From assembly GCA_950097015.1 (NCBI GenBank), contig CATNEN010000039.1:20150001-20214000 (forward strand): a DNA stretch of 64,000 bases, read 5' to 3'. A program made the position numbers and the translations under genes. This DNA comes from Macrostomum hystrix (taxonomy: Eukaryota > Animalia > Platyhelminthes). Of the stretch, positions 1 through 10,652 are shown one piece after another (position 1 is the first letter of the stretch; every line of letters starts with the position of its first letter). A model generated the notes under the pieces. It was not told the DNA's origin, did not search any database, and saw only the letters and a list, made by a program, of their open reading frames with translations.

Positions 1-3000
1 GGAGGTGAGTCGACACTTTTGCTGTGCTGTGCGCAGATTTTTGTAACACCTGCCGTCCTTGAGCTCGTAGTACACTGTTATCACCTGCTGATAGCCACGC
101 ACGCAAGGCCCGTAATGCAGGCTGTTGTTCATTGGGCAGCCTTGAATTCAAAAGATCAGTCTGTACGTTTTTCATATCGCTAAAACGCCAATGAATCTTT
201 AATACTGCATTATGCAGACCACAATAAAAAATTGTTTTAGTCAACTTGATTTAGTACTCGTTATCTCACCTGAGCAGTTCTCCGAGCGCAGGCTGCTGGC
301 AATCTGACAGTAGGTGTCGTTGATCTTTGAAAAGGTCGTCACAGCAACTGTTCTCATACCATTGACGCAGGGTCCGGCGCGGGTGATGGGTGCCCTGTCG
401 CCGCAGCTCTCGCAGCCGGTAGTCTTGAAGACGTCGTTGGCGTTCGTGCAGTTGCAACTGATGGCTGCGGGTAGATACATACTCGTAGATTATAAATGCA
501 GAGCTAAAAGTAATTATGGCAGCTTTTATCGCCTGGACATTGATTCTAACGCTCTGCACTAGCTATAGATGAATATAATTTTACGCCGGAGAGTATCAAG
601 AAGTGTGTTATGCAGAATAGAGTTACCAACCAGATAAACGAGCTTGAACAAGAGTTACCTAATCTGATAGAAAATCATCGATCTTTCTAACTTTCCTTAT
701 TTGCCCAGCTTAGGCAATATTAACTCACTGCCATTCGTGCCATTGACACAGACCGACCCAGGAGGGCACACAAGAGAATCACAGCCGGTGGCTCTGCCGC
801 AGGCTTCAGTCTGGACGCTGACGGACTCTGTACAGTCGCTGTCGTTGCTAGATCGTGAATAAACATATGTTGAGATGCGGATGACACCGTTGATGCAATC
901 GCTGCGTTCGACTCGATTCGGCGGGCAATCTGCATGGCGCGGAGATTACAAGCTTAAGCTTCACGTTCTTTTACGAGTTGATATTTGCAGAAGGGGTGTG
1001 GCCGCAATGGCACATCATTTAATGACACTAGACACTGCAGCCAGCGAGGAGACAATACTGCTCATTCTGCTGACTCCTGAGCACACACTCACACAGGTGT
1101 GCACTCTCACTGCGCTTTTGAGTTGGCCCTCAAGGTCATAAATTGCATGACAAGCCCCCAAGCCTTCTCTCCGCGGCTGAGCCCCAAATGAATGTGGCCT
1201 CGCCGCGGAATCGAGCATAAGAACCTTGCTGCGAGAGGCAAACGCGTTAAGTGCTCTGCCCACTATCCCCTAAGTCTCACTGAGGGGAGCATTTCATGTT
1301 TTTAGAACTAACTAACAAATATTAAGAAAAAGTTACTGTGCGTCTTTGTTTCTTGTTTCGACTTGAAAGATTCAAAATTCAACAAACAAGACCACTCACC
1401 ACATGGCTCATATGTTATCGTCGTATTTCTAACGCAGTTATGTGGCAGTTGCGTCGAGCGGTCATAGAAAAAGCGTTGAACCTGCGCTTGCCCACGCACG
1501 GTGCAGTTGCCGTAGTTGCTCCAAGGCAGAGGACATGGGCAGAACACTTGGGCGTAGAGCTCTGTCTTTGTAGTAGCTTCAAAAATGTCTGACGCGTCGA
1601 AAATTCCTCTCGTACCATCGCTTGAGATGCGGTAGAGCTCTTTGCTGCAACAGTTTTGTTAACTCCCGGATAAAATGTGCATATTTTTTCGAAGCATTGA
1701 AAGGCAACGAATAGGAAGTGGTGTACTATAAAGTGACCTACTCTGGCACCTAGGGCTTCTAGTTCAGATGAACTGTAGCTAAGCCACATTGTGAAAGCTA
1801 CTGTAGCAGAACTGCCATGGTACGAGCTATAACTAGGGAAAAATTGAATAAACTATGCAAATAAGTAGCTTAAGCTAACGCAAGCACAGTATTAAATAGA
1901 TCATGGTTCAGTGAAGTTAAACGATCAAGAAAACTAGGGGCTCACAGTGGCACTCCTCCAGCCAGATTGACGGCGAACACATGCGAGGCCACTTGACGTA
2001 GCAGAGCCGAAGCTGTCGCGGTCTGGTGATGCCCGGCGTTTTTTTCGCCGCTGACTGCCACCACAGCCAGCAGCTTGCGATGAGCCAGGCCCATCTCCAC
2101 CTGGCGCTGATGGCACTGTTCCAGCAGTTTCTTAGCCGCAAGCATAGCATCTCCTGTGGCGATGCCATTAAAACGCGGCGGCTGGCTTATCAGCGCTTGC
2201 AGGGCTGCTTGCACGGTAGAGAGGCTTCGCGTCACAGGCATCGTGTGCTCGACCTTCTTAGAAAACGTAACAATGCCCACGCCAATGCCGCTCTGCATCA
2301 AGAGATTGGCGCGTTGAACAATTTTGCCCAGCTGTAGCGCGTAGGCATGCGGATTCGTTGCGTAGTCTTTGCGCTGCACGTTCAGCACGAACACGTAGTC
2401 AGCGTTGTTGCACGCGACAACTTCATCTCTCACTTGCGGCGGTGCTCTGGTGTGAAGATGTTGGAGTTTTAGCGGGCGAGTCAAGCGAGTTTCATTGGAT
2501 AAATATTAATTTCGCAAGTCTTGGCAAAATATAATAGCAATAGCTTACACTAGTACTTTTGGAGGAGGTACACACTCACATAAGTAAGCACTTCTGCCCT
2601 GACTTTCTCATCGTCAGGAAGGTAGTTCTCCAACTCCCCTTGTATGCTGGCCTTCAAGGGCGTAAATTGCATGACTATCTCCCACGCCTTCCCAAATGAA
2701 TGTGGCTTTGCAGCAGAATCGAACTCAGGGAGCTTGGTGCGAGTTGTAAACGCTTAATATCACTCCTTAGAAATAAATAGAAATTACCCATATACCAGCT
2801 AGGCTAGATGTACAAGCGTATATCCAGTGGCACAGACATTTATATTGCGTACGCTTAGACGCCAGACCCTTTGGTCAGGTTTGAAGCTCCAGCCAATCAG
2901 CTTCAGACTCTCCTTGTCCAAATATAACAAATCTAATTTACTAAAAATGAGAATCTTGTATTATTCTGTTGTTAAGGAGTTGTCAGGGAAAACTTACAGA

Positions 3001-3062
3001 CTAGATGTGACCAGTGTTGCCGCAATTAGCACGAGGGAAGCAGCTATCGCTAGCGTCCCCAT
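1..3062 (-). CDS. Secreted protein with signal peptide, vWA domain, tandem Cys-rich repeats and an EGF-like module (3' end outside window)
   Basis: Exons 3062-2998, 2446-1946, 1644-1400, 929-729, 464-270, 140-<1; all GT-AG and phase-consistent. Signal peptide MGTLAIAASLVLIAATLVTSS; vWA motifs DYVFVLN, VGIVTFS, TGDAM, VFAVNL, ELYRISSD; repeated C-P-x(5-8)-(G/S)-x-C...C...C units; EGF-like CDSLVCPPGSVCVNGTNGTISCNC...GC. Confidence 0.8.
986..1270 (-). mobile_element. SINE family A copy (internally deleted)
   Basis: Aligns by eye to the full copies at 8314-8684 and 63070-63443; lacks the central hairpin segment. Confidence 0.8.
2572..2755 (-). mobile_element. SINE family A fragment
   Basis: Contains ctgccctgactttctcatcgtcagg, aagggcgtaaattgca and cccaaatgaatgtggc...gaatcgaact shared with full copies. 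Confidence 0.75.
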
Positions 3063-3644
3063 GAAGACGTTTTGGTGGATAATTCAGCTCAGACCAACTA
3101 TAATCTTGCGTTAATCTTTAGCAAAGAAGAGTTTTCCAGCTTACTTGAATGCGTGGAAAACTTTCAGCTTGAAAACTTGTTGAAACTTGCGCTACGTTGG
3201 TCGTTTTTATAGCCTTTTAAAGTCGACGTTTCGGAAGCTCAAGGTAGACGAATCGTAATTTTCTGCTGACTCGGCGGTTGGCGACGGGGGTTGCACCTGC
3301 CCGCTAGGCTGTTTTTTTAAGTCGGACAGCTGGGTCACAATTCTTTGTAGAATGTCACGATAGTTTTTATACGAGTTAGCCATTGTTTGTTAGACCTGCA
3401 TATACTCGGAAATTGAGCGTGTGAGATCGTCGGATTTTTTAACTCGCCCTCCCAAAGTTTTAACCGGTGCAAATCAAACGGGATCGTGTCAAACTGAAGA
3501 TTTGCCGTATTGCGCTCAAAATCTCTTCGTTTTTTGCTTACAATGCAATTTACTGCTAAATCTAGCTTTTTATAGCTAATGGTCGGTGATCGTGAGAAAT
3601 TAAAATCTGTTTTATTCCTTACTTAGTTCCAGAAAACAAAATTA

Positions 3645-4668
3645 GGATTGGGGTATCCATACAAGAAGTTAGAATTTAAACCTGGCTCGTATTTAGAGTC
3701 AGATACGTTAATTTCGTTCAAGTTTCATGAAAGCGGTGTATGTATGTATTTTTCAATTTGTTGTGCTATACCTTTTGCAAGGAGGGTTGCAGCCTAGTGA
3801 TTAGAGGGTCAGACTTGAAGGTCGGATTTCGATCCACGACTCCTCTTGAACAACTTGTGTCCTTTAGCAAGACTCTTAACTCTGAATTGCTTCATCCATG
3901 CACTGAACAGTCGTACGCAGCCTACAGATGCGCCGCGCTAGCTGCGGCTGTGCTGTGGGCTGCACATCAGGCCCGATTGTAATAAAAATTACCTTTTTTA
4001 ATTTCTTTGTATTTTATGGCATGCAAAAGTTATGAGCAATTTAGCGTAGTTCCCGAGGGTATAACTTGCAGAACATTTTACCAAAAAGTCGCACAGCCTC
4101 ATGACGAGCCTTGAATGGAAGATCAGAGCCCCTTATTACCTAGGACTCTTGACTCTTCGTCTGTTTGAGGGGTCAAAGTGAGGCAGCCAGGTTTCATCAA
4201 CCTTGACAATTAGCTGCTGAAATACATTCTCCACCTTGCTCCTCAACAAACCTGAAGTTGCTATTGCCCGTGCTCTGTCGCTGTGCTCTCAGGAGCCACG
4301 GAACTTTGTAGACTTGGTCGTATCCATTCGGTCACAAATTTCCATGATGGTAAGGCGAGCATTGTCTTCAAGCACGTCCGACCAAATTTTGGATGCTTAA
4401 AATCTCGGATCCGTTGTGCCCTATGCCCCACAGAGTGAAAATGGCACGGTGCTGCAGTCCATCTTTCTAAGAAAGCTAGACCTGTTTCATCGAAAACCTA
4501 GACAACGTCATCTGTATGCTGTACCCTGCAGTACCCTGAGTAAAGTGCTCATAACTTTTGAAAGATAGATAGAGCCTCTTCGATAAAATTCCATTAAAAT
4601 TAATGGATCTAAATTTAACTGAGAGCTGGGTTGAAAATTCCCAGTAATTTAGGACACCCCATCCCATG
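3645..4668 (-). mobile_element. Decayed Tc1/mariner-type DNA transposon with long degenerate TIRs
   Basis: Minus-strand frameshifted translation at about 4150-4390 gives VLEDNARLTIMEICDRM..KST, KVPWLL and LIVKVDETWLPHFDP (mariner HTH, WVPxxL and first catalytic D context). Inverted repeats include caaaagttatgagca at 4024 versus tgctcataacttttg ending 4560. Ends approximate. Confidence 0.6.
3781..3990 (+). mobile_element. SINE family B (tRNA head + CORE-like block), nested in the mariner left TIR
   Basis: Head ggagggttgcagcctagtg...gtcggatttcgatcc, then tgtgtcctttagcaagactcttaac; 3' tail shared with 11917-12229; flanked by tacctttt on both sides. Confidence 0.75.
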
Positions 4669-5274
4669 TACTTCTACGAGTACTACGATATGCAACTTGA
4701 GATGCTGATGAAATAAAAGAAGTCAGTGAATTTCAATCGTAACTTCTGCCGTGGCATAAAAATTCTGTAGAATTTCAGTGACTCGTGTTTAGTTTTATTT
4801 ATCGTTCAATGATCGTGTCATGATAATTGGATTAAAAATCAGACTAAATGAAGCAAAAGCATGTTAAATGCGCGTAACTATACAAAACTAATGAAGGCAT
4901 TGTTACAAAAACTGCCAATTCACCTACCGTATTATAAGCCTGGGCTAAAAGCATAAGTTATAACACACAAAGGGATGTTTAAAAAATGCATTTCTAGAGA
5001 ATAAATACAATAATACATGGAGATAAAATTAAGTGTCAAATATTATCCACTGACTACTGGACACTGAATAAGACATTGTACATGAATAGATATGATTGAA
5101 TTAATCTGCCTACTTAATTTTTAGTAGAATCTTTGACGAATACGCGGCAAAATGCATTTGCTCGAATAATTAATAACTTTGTAATAAGTAGGAAAAAAGC
5201 TGCTTTTAAGAACGACACTGCGACTACAAGCTGTACTTTATAACTTATTATTATAGTAATAGTATGAAATCAAG

Positions 5275-5626
5275 GAGGTGGTGGCAGAGCGGTTATCGCG
5301 TTTCCATGGCAAGGCCACATTCATTTGGGGCGCAGCCGCGGAGAGAAGGCTTGGGGACTTGTCGTGCAATTTACGCCCTTGAGGGCCAGCCTCCAAGGCA
5401 CAGTTAAATGCACACTGCCTGACGATGAGAAAGTCAGGGCAGATGTACTAGTGTACGTACACACCTGTGTGAGTGTGCGCCTGCGTACAGTATCTGTGTG
5501 CGTGTGTGCTCAGGAGTCAGCGAAATGGGCAGAATTGCCTCCTCGCTGGCTGAGGGTCTAGTGTCACCGAATGATGTGCCATTGCCCGCAGTCCTCCTGA
5601 AATTATTATTATTATTATTATTATTT
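5275..5626 (+). mobile_element. SINE family A copy with 13-bp TSD
   Basis: A-box-like TGGCAGAGCGG, (TTA)n tail, TSD gtatgaaatcaag at 5262-5274 and 5627-5639; the B-box region is deleted. Confidence 0.9.
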
Positions 5627-5988
5627 GTATGAAATCAAGAAATAAATCGCCCGGAAATTATTTCGATTTATTAAACATTGAAAGTACAAAGTAATTTAAG
5701 AATGTAAGTTTGCTATAAAACTTTCTACTTAAGTGTTTTTCTCTCCCTAGCTATTTTGTGAAACCTGAGAGAAAGCTGCGATGTAAAGTATACCTACTTA
5801 CTGTGAATTCGCCACCCTAACCATTTTGCCCAGTTAATTTGCCTGTTTGAGAAAACAAGCAAAACACAAGTTATTTAATGCCTATGCAGGAGACAGGAAT
5901 TTTTTTAGTATCTTAGACGAGACTGTCAATTTCTGTCTGAAGTTATTAATTTTCTACTACTCGGTGTTGCTGAGCCTTGCTTCATCCG

Positions 5989-6545
5989 CTAGGCGAAGAT
6001 AATAAAAATGATGAAGTACATCGCCGTCAGAGTCCATCTGAGTCCGCTGCAGGAGCTCAGCGCTGAGGCGGTGTTACAATTACGCTCGTCGCAGAAGCAC
6101 AACTGACCATTGCGCCTGGATTCGTCAATGCAGACCAGGTAGGGTGACACCTTCCTTAGCTCTAGATTCTTGGAGCAGGTGCGACGAATTCGAGAACTGC
6201 CGTCTGTGGTGTTGCGGATGGGGCAGGAATCAAGCTATTTTTTGTTGCTAACGTATAAAAAAGATTTAATTTTTCTGCATTCATCATCATCTAGAACTGC
6301 AACTCAGTAAAGTTTTTCTAAGACTTCTTACTTCTTTACTTAGTACAAAAAACAGGCGAAAGAAAAGTTCCATATATATTTTATGTTAAATTATTACTCA
6401 CCTGAGTATTTGTGCACCCATTTAGAACAGACCCCGACGCAGCGCACGGACTGAATGATGCCCCGCCTGACCTGGTTAATATCGAACGGGTCGTCGCATC
6501 GGCTGTCGTACAGTGAGTCGCATTCAATACAGTCTATGATTTGGC
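5989..6545 (-). CDS. GPI-anchored three-finger (Ly6/uPAR) protein, quiver/sleepless-like; signal-peptide exon not located
   Basis: Exons 6545-6402 and 6203-5989 (phase 1 junctions): IDCIECDSLYDSRCDDPF...CVGVCSKW...IRRTCS...LVCIDES...LCFCDERNCN followed by a hydrophobic tail LTAMYFIIFIIFA*. Absent from the ORF track. Confidence 0.85.
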
Positions 6546-8313
6546 CTGCGTAATTGATTTAAATCAGAGCTTTTTGAAATCTAAGGAAAGTATTTTAAAG
6601 TTTAATAGTTTACTAACTAATCAAAGTATATAACTTGCTTATAACTAGTTGGACAAAGTTTATGCTCTGTACATATCTAAAAAACTGGGAAAATTTATGT
6701 AAGCATAGAAGTCAATTCGATACGCAGACAATACCTTTGCAGTGGTCTGGATCTGAGACAAATGACGCAATTGAACTGCTCGTGTGCCAAAGAAGCAAAA
6801 GCGATAGCTGCTTTGTTGGACAGAACATTCCTGAAATTTAAATGGACAATGCAAATGCTAACTTTTGCTTTTATTTAGCAAAAATATTTTCCAAAGCTAA
6901 AAACTTTTCAGCATTTTCAAAAAATCAACTGATGCAGAAAATATGTGAATAACACAAAAAGACCACTAAGAAATTCTTATCTATGAAAAGAAAGTAATAA
7001 CAAATTTAAATATAGAATTTCCCTTCGAAATGACTTTTATCTTATTTTATTTTCATTTTAGTAACCAACTTAAGAATACATATTTCGCTTTAATTCACAA
7101 ACTTATCATGTTCAAAAAAAATAACTAAAGAGGCATGACAAGCAATTTTTATGCGCTTGCAAGGCTAGATTAAGATTGTTAATTGGTCTGGAAACCAAGT
7201 TTTATATACCCTTCTTCACAGTAGAGACAAATTAAAATTCAGTTTTCATTATCAAAATATGGAATATCTGTTTCTATTTTAGGCATTTATTGATAGTGTA
7301 TTATAATTGGAGTGAATTCAAAGCGCAAGCAAAAGGTAAATATTTATGTTTATTTAAGTTATGACTGAAAGAAGCACCAAAGCAAAACTTGTAACGATAA
7401 TAAAATTAAAAGTTTAAAAATAAAAAAACACTAATAGTATTACTAGCTTTTTCTGCAATTCATAGTTATCTTTTTCTATTGTTTGCTTAAGATAATTTTA
7501 TTGCTTATTTTCGTAATAAATGACAGTTTAACTTTGTTTTACATAACATAATATACTTACTAAGAATCAGTTAGCTAGCTAGCCCTCCACGTTGTCTGGG
7601 TTAGCTGTCTGGTCTATCAGCGAATGTTGTGCACATCTGATTACAATGATTGTAATTGTAAAGACTTGTTAAATCGTGCAGTATCTAACAATTTATATAT
7701 ATATATATATATTTAGTAATGTAGGACTTAGGACGTAGGACTATTAACTCTCATGACTATACTGTATAATCAGGTCAGTTTAAATTGGTATGTGGTAGGC
7801 CTACAAAATTGGTTGGCCCTAGCTAGGCCTAGGCCTACATGTATTTGTGGAATCTAGGGATCTTGAGTTCATTTTCAGTGCTGCAATTTAGGACTCATCT
7901 TGTTACTAATACCAAGTATTGTACTTGATTCAGTAAAAATCCCTATCTGAGTAATTGTTATGTTAACACATGCCAGCATATACTTCTTACATGAGTAAGA
8001 ATCATGTGTGAGTTCTTTTACCATGGACATGCGTTAGCTGATAAAGTTTAGCATTAAATAGGCCTATAAAGAAAATCTGTTTTGTTTTGTTAATTCTAGC
8101 AGTTTTTTCTACGCAGCCCAATGTGATTTATATTATCTATTGCAATAGAGTCGAATAGACATGAGTAGGCTGATAGTACAAAATATGCACAGAAATATTT
8201 AAGGTGTTGCATACTTAGCACACTAATCGGCACTTTACAAACTCCCCTTAAAGTATAAGTTGGATACTTAGATGCTCTTTGCAGATTGTCAACTGTCAAC
8301 TCACTCTAGCCTA

Positions 8314-8684
8314 ATAATAATAATTGCAGGAGGGCTGCGGGCAATGACACATAGTTTGGTGACACTAGACCCGCAGCCAGCAAGGAGGCAATTCTGCCCA
8401 TTTCGCTGACTCCTGAGCACACACGCACACAGATACCGTACGCAGGCATATGCTCACACAGCTGTGTACATCTGCCCTGACTTTCTCATCGTCAGGCAGT
8501 GTACACTCGAACTGTGCCTTGGAGGTTGGCCCTCAAGGGCGTAAATTGCACGACAAGCCCCCAAGCCTTCTCTCCGCGGCTGCGCCCCAAATGAATGTGG
8601 CCTCGCCATGGAATCGAACTTAGGGACTGTGGTGCGAGTGGCAAACGTGTTAACCGCTCTGCCACCGACCCCCCTCACACACAC
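8314..8684 (-). mobile_element. SINE family A, full-length copy with 15-bp TSD
   Basis: Sense strand GGGGGTCGGTGGCAGAGCGGTT...GTTCGATTCC (Pol III A and B boxes), structured body, (TTA)n tail; TSD actcactctagccta at 8299-8313 and 8685-8699. Confidence 0.92.
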
Positions 8685-8934
8685 ACTCACTCTAGCCTAG
8701 GCTTGTGTTGTTAGGCTAGACTCCAATCCACAGATAACAGTGCTAGTAGCTAGTCTTATAAAGAGTAGGCCCCTAGGCCTAGGTCTATAGCTATGCTTAG
8801 TTGAACTTTTTTATCTTAAGGCTCCTTCTTTAAAGGTTGCGATTGTTATTCTTGAAATTGCTAAAAATAATATTTCTAGTTGACAAACTGTCTGAAAATG
8901 TTTATTGAATGTCAAAATGTGTGATCCTGATTTG

Positions 8935-9406
8935 GGCAATGTTCTACTTCCATTTGTTATATTATTTTTTCGTTTGTATTCATGCCACATGTGGTTTCTG
9001 AGTTTAAAAAAGTTGTGCTGATGTGGCTTTGTTGTGACTTGACACTTGGATCTGTCTTATGGCAAAATCTGGCAAATATGGGGGAACAGGAAGCTAAAGC
9101 ATAGAAATTCTGCAGCTGAAGATTTTGCAAAGGCCAAGCTCTGTCAAATGCATGGCATGAGTGCTGCTCTATTCGAAAGCCACCTCGAAGAATTCTTATG
9201 GCGCTGTCTATACCCCAAGAATAGCTTCTTTGCCCTCCTCTACTGGATTAGGCACTTACCCGGTTTGAAAGAAGAAAGACTGACCAAGACTTTTCAGAAC
9301 TGTGTGACCAAACTACTGACTTTTTGTTACCGTTAAACTTGTTTTTTGTCATTATCTGTCGTTTGCAAACAAAAAATAATATAACGAACGGAATTAGAAC
9401 ATTGCC
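8935..9406 (+). mobile_element. Non-autonomous Merlin (IS1595/ISXO2-like) DNA transposon
   Basis: About 42-bp TIRs starting GG (ggcaatgttcta... at 8935 and ...tagaacattgcc ending 9406); 8-bp TSD ctgatttg/atgatttg; internal AKAKLCQMHGMSAALFESHLEEFLWR...FFALLYWI resembles the ISXO2-type transposase C-terminus. Confidence 0.85.
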
Positions 9407-10652
9407 ATGATTTGTCTATAGTAAAATAAACTATTAAACTATTATCATTCTAAATCCTTGTCAAGAAAAAAAATCTTTTATGAAGCAAAATTACCATAGT
9501 TACCATTACCATTTCAAAGCAAAATAAAAAATGCTTAAAAATTAAGAATGGAAAACTAAAGCATTGCCTGGCTTGCTATTATACAAAAGTATAAAATAAG
9601 TAGAAATGTTAAACAGATGTCATTGTTAGGTGAAAATAACTAAGCTCAGGATTTGTTCAATCTAAAGCTTAATATATGAAGCACCTGGAATTTTGATGAC
9701 TTTTAATTCAGAAATATTCTTTATGCTAGCTTTTTTTCAAGTTCTCTAGTTTAAATAATTTCCTATATTTGCTTTCCAATTATATTTAAGCAAACAGTTA
9801 TATAAAAATTATTAGTAAAAAATAATTAGGCAACTTTTATATATATAAGTTGTTATTTATAATTGTGATTATTAAAAGATTTAACAACTTTGTTTTAGAA
9901 TATAGCAAAGGACACAGCTGTCATTTAGAAAACTTAAATAAATGACAGATTAGTGAAACCTGACATCATACAACAAAAAAGCTGAACTCCATTGATTTTT
10001 AACCAATTTTAACCAAAAACCTAAATTTAACAAAAAAATAATTATATAAAAAATTGTGGAAATTAGCATGAGTTGAACTAAAACTTAATTAAATGACTGG
10101 GTCTATAAATATTTAATAAACAGTTCACTATTCCATCAAAATAGTAGACCTTGCTTCATTAAACTCATTGGCTTTGGATAGTATTCCTTATATTAATTAT
10201 TACTGGTTTTTATTATAATTAGATGTATCTAACTGAAAGTAGGCAAAATGTTTAGAAGTCATTTATTTAAATAAACACATTTTCATCTAGCATAACAAAA
10301 TAATTTTGTAGTCCCTGCTTTGATAGTAGCATATAAAATAAATTTAATATTATTCATCTGTATTACAAAAAAATTGTCTTTGTGTGTATTTACCATGGTA
10401 TTGGTAGAATAAATTTGGATTTATGAGATTTAATTAAATTAAATGTTTCTTGTTAGTTGGTTAAATATCCTATAAATGCATGGCTAAAGTATTTGTTCTT
10501 AATAGTATCCTTTGTTATAAACTTTAGATTTGCCAATGAAGACATGTGTATTGTATTTTTCTATTGATTTTTTGTGTAAATAGGCATATCTACACATTTA
10601 AGATAAAAAAACTTGGCATTCCAGAGTCCAGGCAAGCTCACAAACAGACCAG

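Noticed and set aside
5537-5600. Complete HDV-like ribozyme in SINE-A
   Set aside because: P3-L3 matches, but there is no upstream P1 strand, no GG for P1.1 and no clear J4/2; the bases fit simple hairpins instead.
8600-8676. tRNA genes at SINE heads (also 12155-12229 and 63370-63443)
   Set aside because: A and B boxes are present, but there is no full cloverleaf and each continues into a shared SINE body and tail.
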